Below are positions 22,330-36,044 of a stretch of DNA of 64,000 nucleotides, piece by piece. The stretch comes from Mobula hypostoma (Eukaryota): contig NC_086097.1 of NCBI RefSeq assembly GCF_963921235.1, forward strand, positions 240,872,001-240,936,000, read 5' to 3'. Under the pieces are notes generated by a model. The model was not told the DNA's origin. It did not search any database and worked only from the letters and a program-made list of their open reading frames with translations. Numbering within the stretch: the first letter of the stretch is position 1; each line of letters begins with the position of its first letter. The translations under genes and the position numbers were made by a program.

Positions 22330-22906
22330 CATGACACATACAGTACTTCACAAAAGTCGTGTATACACACACACACACCCCCAAGTCTTTTGTACAGTGC
22401 TGTCAGGTAATAGTGGAGTACAACACATATATACAGTGCCCAAGACTTTTGCACAGTACAGTAGTAATTTTATGCATTGCACTGTATGCTACCGCAAAAA
22501 AAAATTTCATGACACATGATTGATGATATACCTGATTCTGATATGGGGTTCTATTGCGGACCAATTTCCCTCGGGATCAATAAAGTATGACTATGTCTAT
22601 GACTGAGAGTGGGAAGGGGGCAGAGAGAGGGGAATCATGGTTGGGAAAAGAGGAAGCACCAGAAAGATATCCTGTAATGATCAATAAACTAAATGTTTGG
22701 AACCAAATGACCTGGCCTTGTGTCACAGGGCTGGGTGCGTCTGCACCCATACCACCCTCTGCCTTGGCATTCCTTCTCTGCCACCTGTGCCACACCCCTT
22801 CCCTCAGTGCTCCGCCTTTGCTGTTCCCTCCCCCCAGGTTTAAAAACTCACTCTCCACTCGACAAATACAGCACTGTGCAAAAGTCTCAGGCACCCTAGC
22901 TATATA
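22330..22906. mobile_element. Composite element bounded by tiny Tc1/mariner-type MITE ends
   Basis: GTGCCCAAGACTTTTGCACAGTAC ... GCACTGTGCAAAAGTCTCAGGCAC. Internal sequence shared with 58480-58990. Confidence 0.65.
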
Positions 22907-24357
22907 CAGTGTCTATAAAAAGTACTCACCACCCCCCTTGGAAGTTTTCAAGTTTTCTTGCTTTATGGTGGATTTAATTTTGCTTGTTTTGACACTGAAC
23001 AGAAAAAAATGTGTTCGTGTCAAAGTGAAAACAGATCTCTACAATGTGATCTAAATTAATTACAAATATAAAACACAAAATAGTTGATTATACAGGTATT
23101 CATCCCCTTTAATATGACACACCCAATCATCACTGGTGTAGCTAATTGGTTTTAGAAGTCACATAATTACTTAAATGGAGATCTGTTTTTGGAGATCTGT
23201 ATGCAGTCAAGGTGTTTCAATTGACTATAGTGAAAATACACCTGCATCTGGATGGCCCAACTGCTGGTGATTCAGTATCCTGGCAAAAACTACACCATGA
23301 AGACAAAAAAAAAACACTCCAAGCAACTCTGCGAAAAGTTTATTGAAAAGCACAGGTTAGGAGATGGATACAAGAAAATTTCCAAGTAACTGAATATTCA
23401 TTTGAGTACAGTTAAGTCAATCACCAAGAAAAGGAAAGAAGGTAGCACAGTTGTAAATCTACCTAGAGAAGATGTCTTCAAAAACTGAGTGACCATGCAA
23501 GAAGAGAACTAGTGAGGGAGGCCACCAAGAGACCCACGACAACTCTGCAGGAGTTACAAGCTTCAGTGGCTGAGATGGGAGAGACAGCACATACAACAAC
23601 TGTTGCCTAGGTGCTTACCAGTCACAGCTTTATGGGAGAGCGGCAAAGAGGAAGCCACCGTGAAAAAAAAACTCACATCAAATCTCAGATAGTGTGTGCC
23701 AGAGGCATTTGAGAGACTCTGAAGTCAGTAGAAGATTCTATGGTCTGATGAAATCAAGATTGAGCTTTTTGGCCATCGGACTAAACATGGCACTGGCTGC
23801 ATCATGTTGTGGGGATGCTTCACTGCAGCAGGCCCTGGAAGGCTTGTGAAGGTAGAAGGTAAACGAATGTATCTAAATTCAGGGAAGTCTGTTGGAAAAC
23901 CGAGCACAGTCTGCAATGGAACTGCGACTTGGGAGATTTGTTTTCCAGCAAGACAATGACCCCAAGCATAAAGCTAAAGCTACACAGGAATGGCATAAAA
24001 ACAACAAAGTTAATGTCCTGGAGTGGCCAAGTCCTCAATCCAATTGAGAATTTCTGGCTGGACTTGAAGAGGGCTGTTCACTCACGATCTTCATGCAATC
24101 TGACAGAGCTTGAGCAGTTTTGTAAAGAAGAATGGGGAAAAATTGCAGTGTCCAGATCTGCAAAGCTGATATGAGACCTATCCACACAGACTCAAGACTG
24201 TAATTGCTGCCAAAGTTGCATCTATTAAATACTGACTTGAAGGGGGTGAATACACATGCAAACAATTACTTTGCATTTTATATTTGTAAGTAATTTAGAT
24301 CACTTCTTTAAAGATCTGTTTTCACTTTGACACGAAAGAGCTTTTTTCTGTTGATGA
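22907..24357 (+). mobile_element. Tc1 (IR/DR-type) transposon, right end truncated by CR1
   Basis: TA-CAGTG start. Left IR ~22907-23115 is mirrored from ~24238. Confidence 0.88.
23297..24235 (+). pseudogene. Tc1 transposase pseudogene
   Basis: [62 protein letters not shown], ..KY*. Multiple frameshifts, stops and deletions. Confidence 0.88.
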
Positions 24358-26270
24358 CAGAAGAGGTATTGTTTGCTGTCTTGAGGCAAATTCATGTGGA
24401 TAAATCCCTAAAGCCTCACAAGATATTCCCTCAGACCCACTGGGAAACTAGTCCAGGAATTGCAGGGGCTCTAGAAGAGTTATTTAAAACATCTTTAGCC
24501 ATGAGTGAGGTACCAGAGGATTGGAGGATAGCTCTGTTGTTTAAGAAAGGCTCTAAGAAAATGCTATGCAAGTATAGGTCAGTGAGCCTGGGTATTGGGA
24601 AAGTTATGGGAAGGTATTCTAAGGGACCAGATATATGAATATTTGGATAAACAGGGACTGACTGGGGATAGTTATCATGGATTTGTACATGGTAGGTTGT
24701 GTCTAACCAAACTCTGAAGAAGTTACCTGGAAAGTTGATGAAGGCAGAGCAGTGTGTGTTATCTACATGAACTTTAGCAAGGCCTTTGACAAGGTTCCAC
24801 ATGGGAGGTTGGTCAAGAAGGTTCAGTCACTCAGCATTCAAGAAGAGGTAGTAAATTGGATTAGACATAGGCTTTGCTGGAAAAGCCGGAGAGTGGTAGT
24901 ACATGGTTGCCTCTCTGACTGGAGGCCTGTGGAGCTCCACAGGGACCGGTGCTGGTTCCACTGTTGCTTATCTTCTACATCAACGATCTTGATAGTAATG
25001 TGGTAAACTGGATCAACAAATCCGCGGATGACACCAATATTGGGGGTGTAGTGGACCGAGGAAGAATAACAAAGTTCACAGGGGGATCTGGACCAAATGC
25101 AAAAATGGCAGATAGAATATAAAACAAACAAGTGTGAGGTGTTGCACTTTGGGAGGACCAACCAGGAGGACAACACTGTCTTACACAGTGTTCGGCACGG
25201 CACTGAGGAGTGCAGTAGTTTAAAGGAATCTAGGAATACAGATTCATAATTCCTTGAAAGTTTTGTCACAAGTAGAAAAGGTCATAAAGAGAGCCTTTGG
25301 CACATTGACATTTGTAAATCAATGCATTGAGTATAGGAGTTGGAATGTTATGTTGAAACTGCACAAGATGTTAGTGAGGCCTAATTTTGAGTACTGTGAG
25401 TAGTTTTGGTCACCCACCTACAGAAGAGATTTAAAATTGAAACAGTACAGAGAAAATTTACAAGGATCTAGCCAGGACTAGAAGACCTGAGTTATAAGGA
25501 AAGGTTGAATAGGTTAGGACTTTATTTCCTAGAATGTAGAAGATAGAGGGGAGATTTGATACAGTTATAGAAAATTATGATTTCCAAACTTATTTTACTT
25601 CTCTGTAGTGTTGGTTGAGAGGAACGGAGTCGTCGACACTAAGGTTTTCTTTTCTCCCATTTTTTACGATGTTAAAACAGCCCAGGTCTTTTTTTAGTTT
25701 AGTTGATTAATTCTGCTTAGATTAGTTTTTTTTTGAGGTTTTTTTTTTGTTTTGTGTTATTTTTCTTTTTTCATGATTTTTGTTCAGATTTTTTTTTGTT
25801 CTGTATTATTCATTGGTAGCCTATATGATTGGGAGTTTTGTTAAGTACTATTTGGTTCTATAATTACTCATGTTAATTATAACAATGTATTTCCAATAAC
25901 TTCGTACTATTATTATGTTATGTTTATATTTTATGAAACTAATAAAAAGATTGAAAAAGAAAAGAAAGAAAATTATGGGAGGTATAGATATGGTAACTGC
26001 AAACTGGCTTTTTCCATTGAGGTTGGGTAAGACTAGAGGTCATGGGTTAAGAGTGGAAGGAGAGAAGTTTAATGGAACATGAGGGGAAATTTCTTCACTC
26101 AGAGTGGTGAGAGTGTGGAATGAGCTGCCAGCGTAACTGGTGGATGCAGAGTCTATACCAACATTTAAGAGAAATTTGGATAGGTACATTGATGGGATTA
26201 GGCAGGTTAAAGGTTCGGTATGGTCTAGATGGTCCAAAGGGCTTGCTTTTGTAATGTAATATTCCATGAC
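24358..26270 (+). mobile_element. CR1-type LINE, ORF2 RT region to 3' end, degenerate
   Basis: EVPEDWRIA..LFKKG, Y.NFSKAFDKVPH, ADDT, CEVLHFG motifs and CR1 3' tail. Confidence 0.9.
25580..25966 (+). mobile_element. 5'-truncated polyadenylated retro-insertion (L1/Tx1-like 3' UTR) with 11-bp TSD
   Basis: T-rich UTR, AATAAA at 25941-25946, A-rich tail. AGAAAATTATG at 25569-25579 and 25967-25977. Confidence 0.75.
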
Positions 26271-27584
26271 TAAGGAACAAACTGTACAAAACAGTAAGAA
26301 TAATGTGTAAAATAATCATTTTCATGTAGTGAATAAATGTAAATTTATTCATCACATTCACATTTATAATCAAAAGATGTAAAAATCCTGAGGGAGAATG
26401 TGTTAAGAAGAATATTTCCAAAGCCTAATTTCTCAGCATAGACAGAACAGCCACCGAATGAATGCATTCAAATGTTAGAATTAAATGTTAAATATTTGCT
26501 GCTGTTGTCCCAGTATAATCTGCATCTGGGCTCAGAAGCAAGTTACCTTTTACCGTGGGTCGCACAGAGTCTGTGATATACCGAAATGATACAAACTCTG
26601 AGGGTGTCTCCGGAACTTCACAGGAAGATCAACAGCATGCCAGAAGTGGACAACTGCTCTCTGCTTCGCGAGACACGTCAGAAGCTTCCCTAGAAGTGAC
26701 AACCTAACTTTGGCCAACCCCTCTGTAAGCTAACGTCACGAGTCCCATAGACTTACAGCACAGTTAACTTAAGCATCTTGCGTCACAGAGTAACAGGGCA
26801 CTGATTTGTATCTGAAAGCAAATTCCAACTCTGACCATTAATAGACTGTGAAACAAACAAGCTGCTTTGCAATGCTCGGAGCAAAATGGCCAAGTCATTC
26901 CCAGGCCAATTTTATGGTCTTCCTAGCAACCAGTAACTGGAATTGATAATGGTCAGGAATCAAGTTCAGGTTCAATGGTCATTCAATCATACATAAATAC
27001 AGATCGTCACAGCCAAATGAAACAGCATTACTCTGGGGTCAAGGTGACACAGCAGCAGCACGATCCACACCAAGTCCAGCTCATTCAGTTCCTCTGCCAA
27101 CAAGCAATTTGCTGATGGGGTAGTCCAGCAGTACTTTAAGTTCCTAATCTCAGCCAGGGTCTGACGATCATAAAAAATGGTTGGCCCCATAGAAGCAGCT
27201 GCATCCAAGTACACCACTGTCTTACCAGAGGAGAATCAAGTGTCTTGATTGTTCTTATAGAGGGAGATGCTTAAATGGTTCTGCCTCATTTTTCCCTTCT
27301 TCCCAATCCATTCTGGACATTAACTCTGTTTTGCCAATTTGAAGGATTTGTCTACAATGAGTAAAAACTGTGAGTTGAAGGAAAAGAATGTGAAGCAACA
27401 TTTTCCAACCTTCTGCATTCCAATTGCAAACAGTAAATTTGCCACATGCACAACAGATTTTGGAAGCACATGCAAAGGGAATGAGCAGTAGGCCATCCAG
27501 TTGTTCAGCCTGTTTTTTTTTCAGATTTGCACTAGGAATCTATTTCTCAATTCTTGCTCGAAACCCTTAAACAAGAAACCATGA

Positions 27585-28010
27585 ACACAAGAGATGCTGG
27601 AGACCCAGCGTTCACCCACAAAATACTGGAGGAACTCAGCAGGTCAGGCAGCATCTATGGAGGTGAATAAACAGTTGATGTTTCGGGCCTAGACCCATCT
27701 TCAGGACTGGAAGGAAGGGGGAAGGAGCTAGAATTAGAAGGTGGAGGAGAGGGAGATGTGCACACTGTAAGGAGATAGGTGAGATTACATGAGGGGATTT
27801 AGGATGAAGTGAGACACTGGGAGGTGATGGTGGAAAAGGAAAAGGGCTGAAGAATGAATCTGATAGGAAAGGAGAGTGGACCATGGAGAAAGAAAAGGAG
27901 GAGGGGAACGAGAGAGAGGTGATGCGTAGGTAAGGAGAAGAGAAGGGATAAGAGGGGAGCCAGAATGGGGAATGGATAAGGAGGGAAGGGGGAGAGTGAA
28001 GAGAAAGCAT
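27585..28010 (-). mobile_element. PLE 3' UTR fragment with hammerhead core
   Basis: Reverse complement of ~27672-27710 reads CCAGTC-CTGAAGA-T-GGGTCTAGGCCC-GAAA-CATC-AACTG. Confidence 0.75.
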
Positions 28011-28413
28011 TTCTCTTGTGAAACCATGTCAGAAGGAACCAAATCAGTTTTGAGTTTTTCAGCTTTCCTGTGTGGGCTCCAAAGCTGTATCACATCCTTT
28101 TAATTAGACAGTAAGTTCATGTATTGTGCTTAACATGCTCAGTCATCGCAAACTTCCTACCTTCTCTGCATGCTGATATTCCAAAAGCTCCCCAGCTACC
28201 TCATACCACCCCTTCCACCACTTTATAGCTGCTGGCACAAACTCTAACACAATTTCTGAATGTGAAATACAAATTTTCTCTCCACTGATGTTGCCTTCCC
28301 TGACAATCATTTCCAGCACTGTTTTTATTTAGTTTTGATTCCTGACCACTATGATTTCCAATTACAGGTTGCTGGGAAGAACACAAAATTAGCCTGGGAA
28401 TGACTTGGCTGTA

Positions 28414-28856
28414 CGAGGGGTGATTGATAAGCTTGTGGCCTAAGGTAGAAGGAGTCAATTTTAGAAAAACCTAGCACATTTATTTTTCAACATAATCCCC
28501 TCCTACATGTACACACTTAGTCCAGCAGGCATGGAGCATACGGATCCCTTCTTTGTAGAAGTCCACAACAGGGGTGATTGATAGGTTCGTGGCCTAAGGA
28601 GATTTAACTTCAAACTTTCTGCATTACAACTCAAGGAGCTGAACTGCATATGCATGTAACGAGAGCGTCTTGGACCTCCAGGTGGTCCACAGCAGGGGTG
28701 ATTGATAAGTTTGTGGCCTTAGGTAGAAAGAGATGAGTTATACAGCTTTTGTTAGACCGCTGGACTAAGTGTGTAAATGTAGGAAAAATAAATGTACTAG
28801 GTTTTCTAAAATTGACTCCTTTTACCTTAGGCCACGAACTTATCAATCACCCCTCA
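28414..28856. mobile_element. Non-autonomous mariner-type element with TA TSD
   Basis: TA-CGAGGGGTGATTGATAAG ... CTTATCAATCACCCCTCA-TA, with ~70-bp TIRs. Confidence 0.85.
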
Positions 28857-29320
28857 TATTTCTTTTTCTTTGGAACAGTTTCTTGGTATAACTAAACAGC
28901 TGAGAGAGTTTGTGTGAAGTTCCACAGAAGAGATCACCACTCATTACAGTGGCCACTTTCTCACATTAGTTGATTCCTTAAACTGTTTCATAAATTTCAA
29001 TATACTTTACTCCACTGCTGCATCTAGTCAACATTACAATTGTTTTTATAAATTAAATATTAATCATTAAGATTAACACGAGAATTTGCTTCAAAGTCCC
29101 AATATTATCTGTCAAAATCCGATTAAAGCTTCACAGGCATAATAACAGGAAAATATTTTCAAAATAAACCAACAACCTTCTTTTTCTAACACTTCAAATG
29201 TTCATTATTTCTCAGTGACTTCCAAAAAGTAGCATTCAGGCATCTTGCAAATAAAATATAAAGATAAAATGTAGCTGAACTAAATATAGTTTTAAAAAGA
29301 TGCATTCATATGATTTGGTC

Positions 29321-29595
29321 GGACTGGTAGCGTAGTGGTTAGCACAGCGCTTTACAGTACCAGCGACCCAGGTTCAATTCCCGCCACTGCCTGTAAGGAG
29401 TTTGTACATTCTCCCCATGACCACGTGGATTTCCTCCAGGTGCTCTGGTTCCCTCCCACTGTCTAAAGATGTACTGGTTCATAGGTTAATTGGTAATTGT
29501 AAATTGTCCTGTGATTAGGCTAGAGTCAAATCAGGGGATTAAATGGCAGTGTGACTCAAAGGGCTGATACCATTCTCAATAAATAGATAAATAAA
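29321..29595 (+). mobile_element. tRNA-derived V-SINE (HE1-like)
   Basis: A box TAGCGTAGTGG, B box GGTTCAATTCC, V-domain TTTCCTCCAGGTGCTCTGGTTCCCTCCCAC, (ATAA)n tail. Confidence 0.85.
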
Positions 29596-30284
29596 AACAA
29601 AAGGAAATTTACCTCAAGATGCCCTAAATTTTCCGCTTCTAAATCAACCTCTGACCCTCCAGACAACAATAATTTTTCAAACTACTAGTTACAAGCTCAA
29701 ATCTGCTTCTACGTGACAATACCAAATTGTTTTGCAACAGATAAACTGGTTTGTACAAGGTTTCAATGTTGAATAACCAAATATATTTGCTACTTAAGTT
29801 TTATTTCTTGAAAATTGTAACATCAGACAATTTTTTGTTAGATGTTTGAAACTGTTTTCTTCATTGCCCGATTCAGTTCAATAGATCTGTATAACTGTTG
29901 TTTGTCAAGAGCATTCTTCCTAAATAGGCTAAGGAAAAAATAAGAAAATATGAAAAAGGATTCTTCATTTCAACTCCATATATTTTTCCCTAAAGCCTGG
30001 TTGTCGTCCAGTTCCTTGGTCAGGTGAGCGGTTATGTTGTTAGAGTCAACATCAGCTGATTATATGATTGTGTGGACCCTGCTTTGGGCTTTCTGGCTCC
30101 TTTGCCTCCAGACAATTTTCAGTTTAGCGCTTTGTGTTATTTTCATGCTCGAATCCTCTCTATGACCTCAGGTCTGTTTCTATCGGCCCTTCCATTATTT
30201 CAGTGATGGGTTTCGTTCCAAACATACACAGCGTCCTCTTTGTTTTTGAGAGGCAAATTAATACTTGTATTAAAGGTTAACTGA

Positions 30285-30790
30285 AATTCAAAGTAAAATT
30301 TATTAAAGTACATATACAAACCAGAGATTCATCTTCTCATGGGCATACTGAATATATCCAATAACTATAATAGAATCAATGAAAGACCACACCCAACGGG
30401 ATGGACAAGCAACCAATATACAAAAGACAACTACCTGAGCAAATATTTTAAAAAAGTAATAAATAAGCAATAAATATCAAGAACATGAGACAAGGAGCCC
30501 TTGAAAGTGAGTCCATAGGTTGTGGGAACAGTTCAGCAATGGGGCAAGAAAAGTTGATTGAATTTATCTCCTCTGGTTCAAAAGCCTGATGATTGTGGGG
30601 TAATGACTGTTCCTGAACCTGGTGGTGCAAGTCCTGAGGCTCCTGTACCTTCTTCCTGATGGCAGCAGCGAGAAAGTGGCATGGGTCCTTGGCAATGGAT
30701 GCTGACTTCTTGTGAACATGCTCCACGTAGTGAGCTCAAAAGTGGAGAGGGCTTTACCCATGATGGCCTGGGCCATATCCACCACTTTAA
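30285..30790 (-). mobile_element. Rex1/Babar-like LINE 3' end
   Basis: FSLLPSGRRYRSLRTCTTRFRNSHYPTIIRLLN, then the 3' UTR with (CTTTGAA)n tail found in many copies across the window. Confidence 0.8.
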
Positions 30791-33426
30791 TGCCAATCAA
30801 AGATTCTCTCTCCAAACAAAAGAATTTCAGCAACCTAATTTATACAGTGCTCTTTGCAAGCAGAAACAGCAAGGCACTTCAGAGATATCTAAACAGGTGA
30901 AGATGAACTACTCAACAGGCAACATTAGAAAAGGTGATCAAAGGCCTGGTCAAAGTATTGCAAGGTCAACAGCCAGAAGTGGTCCTGTTTTTCCTTATTT
31001 GCACAATTTGGCTTCTTCTGCATATTGATTATTCAACAGTCTTTGCGTAGTTTTTCATTAATTCTGCTGTATTTTTAATTTTCCTGTAAATGCTTGCAAG
31101 AAACTGAATCTCAAGTTAGTACACGGTAACTATACACACATACTTTGATAATAAATTTACTTTGAACTTTGAAATTTGCTAGCAGTCAGAAAAACGGGGC
31201 TAGTGCGGTCAACGTGCACTGGATGGCAACTGTGACAGGGAGGAATAAGAAGGCAGTAGTTGAAAGATATCATTATGCTTTTATTTCGGGATCTATGGTT
31301 CCTAAAGCAGATACCCAGCAGGAGAGATTCAGAGTTCAGTGCAAAGTAGACACAAGTTTAGAAGGCTACAATTATACATGGACTTCAAAGAAGCAACATT
31401 TGGAGACAGGGTGGTGACAGAAGGGTTGGTTTATGTTTTTTTTTAAAAAAAGGTACTGAAGGAATGAATGGGGAAGGAATCATACCCAGACAAGAAATAT
31501 CAGTTAGTGACAAGGGTGGTTCATGGTCCAGATTAAATTTACTATTAAATTATGGATATGTTACCATATACTACCTTGGTATGCTGCGCTGATTTTGTTC
31601 AGTTACAGTCAATCAAAAGAACACAGCAGCTTACACTTAATGAATTCCTCGATCAATAACTATTAGGATCTTCAGTTTTATAGTACAGTAGTAGTATTGT
31701 TAGCGCTCTAATTTATTCTGTATTTCACTTAAATACATAATTATTATTCAGTTTTAAAATGTAGTTAGTCATTTTTCAATACACTTTTAACTATTTCCAC
31801 AAAGCTTTGGGCAACTAGGGCAGCCACTTGGGCCAAAATGTACTGGTCCCAAAGTAGCCCACTGTATTCGGGTCTGGATCACCCAGGTGGGTTTTCCTGA
31901 GAGGAGAGATGTGAGGCATTGCTGCCTCCACCCTTCATTTCCAGTCCTGTCAAAGTGCACCAGTCCGAAAGGGCGACTCCATAGATGCTGCCTGACCTGC
32001 TGAGCTCCTCCAGCATTGTGTGTGCATTTCTGTGCAAGCAACTGGTATCTTATCCAAGAGCTTCTAGTCTGCCACCTTTCTGTGTGTTTGTACATTATGA
32101 TGCTGTGAAGGGACATGGCTAAAGCTCTGTGGAGGAGATGTGAAGATAAATGGCACAATATGCTTATACAGGACATATAGTTAGACTACAAGAGCATTAC
32201 TTGACTAAAATATTATTTTCATGAGTAAAACTTCAGAAATTATGAAAACAAATGCTTTTTGAGAAGCTTGTCGCTCCCCTTTGTGTTATATTGATTTCCT
32301 GGTTCTCATCTTCGGTATTTCCATTTAAAAATACCATTTGTGGTCTGACAAAGACGTGGATTATGCAATTCAACCACGTCTCCGTCTCTGCCAGTTCCTC
32401 TGAAGCAGAACACTGAAAAACACAGATACGTTTCTCAGTGATTATCTACAGCAAAACATTTGGAACATTTTTAAAAGGTCGCTCTGCTTAAGTCGAAACC
32501 ATTGATAGCAGCTTCCTATCAAAAGAGGCTCCAACTCAGAAGCTTTCAGAGCAGGCACAAAGAAATTATCCCGCTCAAAGGGAATGCAGAGAGACATCGG
32601 GGTATTCTTCTGATTTTAGCCTGCAGACTAATAAATAACACACCCTTATAATTTTCTGTCCATTGCTTTTAATGGAGGGAAAATTGAGATTAAAATGTAG
32701 ACCAAAGGCAAGAGAGGAAAAAAAAATTCAGTCACATCCGGAAGAGAAACTACCTCTAATTTTGCGGGTCAGAAAAGCTGAAAGCATAAAAATTTATCTA
32801 AGGAAGGGTATTTAGTAACAATGTTTTAGAATCTACCCAACTCACAGGAGCAGACCACACCACTGAGGCATTATTTGGAAACTCTTCACTTAGTAATTAC
32901 AAAGCATGGATTGGGGAGGGGGGGCGGGGTGGTGGTTAAGAGGGAAAGTTCTACCATAGTTGTGTGACTTAGTAGTGGTACAATGAACCAGTGAAGAACA
33001 AGGCCTGTGGTTATACTGCAAAGGATGCAAGGTATTTTGCTGAATAGAGCAAACGTTATCTTGTCAATCTCACTGCTTGGAATCTGCATAGCTTGACGCT
33101 CTTAAGTAGGTGGTGATAACTTTTTCCATAAATACAGGTCTAGGGAATGCCACCTGTGTTTCTTGAAGACCACGATACAAATTAAATGTTTCTGCATGAA
33201 GGCACTGATTGGTTTAGGTGCCATGTTGGCATAAGTGGGGAAATGCACATGGCAAAAGTTGGGGTATTGCCAGCTGGATGGCATGAGAATTAAAATGGTG
33301 GTTCTGGTGTGAACATGGGCAATGAAGTGCTGCATCTGGAGCAGTGGATTGTGGAGAGCTGCATCTCTTCACTGGAGCTTCAGGAGATCTGCCTCCCTTC
33401 CTGGCTCCATTCTCCCTTCACGTAAA

Positions 33427-34235
33427 CACTAGAGATTCTGCAGATACTGGAGTTTCAGAGGAACACACACAAAATGCTTGGGGGGGTTGGGGGCGGGGAG
33501 GAGGGAGCTCAGCAGCATCTGTGGACAGGGATTTCAGGCTGAGATCCTTCATCAAGACCGGAAAGAAGCCAGAATGGCCTAATTCTGCTCCTGTATCTTA
33601 TGGCCTAATATGAAGGTAGGAGGAGGGGAAGTAACACGAGCTAGAAGGGTGATGGGTGAAAGCAGGTGAGGGGAAAGATGGGTTGGTGTGGAGGAGGGAT
33701 GAAGCGAGAAGCTGGGAGGTGATCGGTGGAATAAGTTAAGGCCTACGGAAGAAATTTAAGAGGACAGCGGACCACGGGAGAAAGGGAAGGGTGGAGGTTC
33801 TCCAGAGGGAGATAATGGGCAGGTGAGGAGAAGAGAAGGGGTAAGAGGGGAGCCAGAATGGGGAACTGAAAAAGAGAGAAAAGGAAGGGAGGGCAGGAGA
33901 AATTACTGGAATTTAGAGAAATTAATGTTGGAGGCTACCCAAATGGGATATGAGATGTTGCTCCTCCAATCTGAGAGTGGCCTCACCGCGGCTGCAGAGG
34001 AGGCCGCGTGGTCCGATGTCCAAATTTGAAGTTGAATTCAAATGGGTGGCCGCGAGGAAATACCGCCTGTTGCAGCAGATGAAATTGTTTACGCAGACTA
34101 CCTTCCCAACCCCCACACCTTCTTATTTTGGCTTCTTTTCCAATCTTGAAGGGTCTCAGCCCAAAATATCAAACGTTCATTCCTTTCCGTAGATGCTGCC
34201 TAACCTGCTGAGTTACTCTGGTATTTTGTGCGCTG
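33427..34235 (-). mobile_element. PLE 3' fragment (GIY-YIG C-terminus) with inverted tail copy
   Basis: Minus strand encodes EATLRLEEQHLISHLGSLQ. Tail arms at ~33427-33560 and ~34090-34235. Confidence 0.75.
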
Positions 34236-35064
34236 CTCTATTCCGAGCCCTGCTCAGACGATTCTGTCTCAGGCCATAATCCCTGCACTGGAGGTCACCC
34301 AGTAGGCACTGGGATCTTATCTACCCCTGGGAAGAACATAACGACTCCTTCAGGCTGAGCATTACATGCCACTATTGTGTCAATCCCTTACCAGTTCGAT
34401 AGCTGGCAGACAATAGACTGGTAATGGTTTAGCAGACCATTCAAAAATGGGTCCTTCACAGCCAAATACGTAGGCTGAGGCCAGCCTGAATTTTTTTTTT
34501 GAATAAACTACTTTAGCTAAAGGCAGCATTTTGCCAGAAAACTGGTGAATTCAAAGCACATGTTCTAAAAAGAGAACACAAAGACACATCTGAAGAACTG
34601 ACCAAGGGTTGGAAAATAAACTTTTAAGTTTCAGATACTGGAGCTTTACTGACATATGCCCACTGCTTGAAGTCTCCGCTCCCCGAAAGAGCCAGATCCA
34701 AATCCAGAAAACTGAGACAGTTTTCCCAGACACTTCCATACTGTCTCTGACATAGTAACTGGGTGGGCTGCATGAGTCCTGCCCACAAAAAACCCTTCTG
34801 GAAACTTCTGAAGCTATGGGTCAGCTGCCTGTCAAAGAATTTAGAAGATTTTCCAATGTCCTTGAGGCTCTTGAAGCAAAGGGGATAAATTTATTGAGTA
34901 TGCCCACAAGAAAAAGAATCTCAGGAATGGATATTGTGACATATATGTACATTGATAATAAAATTGACTTTGAACTTTGACTCAGAAACATGCATAAACT
35001 ATTTAGAATTAATGAAAACCTTTTTCATAAACAAACATAACCAACTTCTTGCCAAGGGGACAGT

Positions 35065-35390
35065 AAGAACATAAGACACAGAAACAGAATTAGGCCATTC
35101 AGCCCATTGAGTCTGCTTTGCCATTCTATCATGGCTGATTTATTATCCCAAACAATCCTGCTCTCTTGCCTTCTCTCTGTCACCTTTGACAACCTTACTA
35201 ATCAAAAACCTATCAACCTCCATTTTTAATATATCCAATGACTTGGCCTCCACAGCTGTCCCTGGCAATGAATTCCACAGAATCACCACCTTTCAGCTGA
35301 AGAAATTCCTCCTCATCCCTGTTCCAAAGGGACGTCCTTGTACTCTGAGGCTATGCCCCCTTGTCCTAGCATCCCCGACTATAGGAAACA
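35065..35390 (-). mobile_element. CR1/HER1-type LINE 3' fragment
   Basis: Reverse complement of the CR1 C-terminus and tail. Confidence 0.75.
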
Positions 35391-36044
35391 CTATCCATGG
35401 TTGACTTAATTTAGATTAAAGTCAAGGTAAATTTATTATCAAAGTGCTTTTACGTTACCGTATAGGCTCCTGAAATTCATTTTCTTGCAGGCATTTACAG
35501 AAAAATAAATGCAATATCATTTATGAAAAGCTATTTATATCAAACTCAATGAAAAAGCGAAGAAATTGCACAAAGTTAAATGCACACCACAGGATTGTGT
35601 ACAAAAAAAAAGTGGCTGCAGATTAACATGGAAGATTAAATTAGTCAAGACAAGGCGAGCTACACACAAAACTGATAAAGTTCAAAGTTCAAAATAAATT
35701 TATTATCCAAGTACATGTATGTCACATATACAACCCTGAGATTCATATTCTTGCGGGCATTCTCCATAAATTCTTGATAGAATAATAATCATAATGGAAT
35801 CAGTGAAATACTGCACTAGGATGGGTGTTTAACCAGTGTGCAAAAGACAACAAACTGTGCAAATCAAAAGAAATAATAATAAATAAATAGGCAGTAAATA
35901 TCGAGAACATAAGATGAAGTTTGGATGAAAGTTAAGTGCATCAAAAGACTTTTTTTTATATAGCATTAAAGGTGGGCATTACCTCTATGGAAAGAAAACC
36001 TGTGAGATTAATAACGGAAAATGGGAGATCACAAATGAATTAAA

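Larger units (their letters stand above)
21130..22330 (+). mobile_element. Rex1/Babar-like LINE 3' fragment interrupted by a hAT element
   Basis: Degenerate (E)NILTGYITT..YG before the insertion; KDP.HP..LFSL..SGR.Y after it. Confidence 0.65.

Noticed and set aside
29321..29400. tRNA gene (also ~46049-46115 and ~17490-17560)
   Set aside because: A/B boxes continue into SINE bodies; these are SINE heads, not cloverleaf tRNAs.
32250..32412. Minus-strand acceptor followed by an open frame (CSASEELAETETWLN...)
   Set aside because: No convincing donor or homology.
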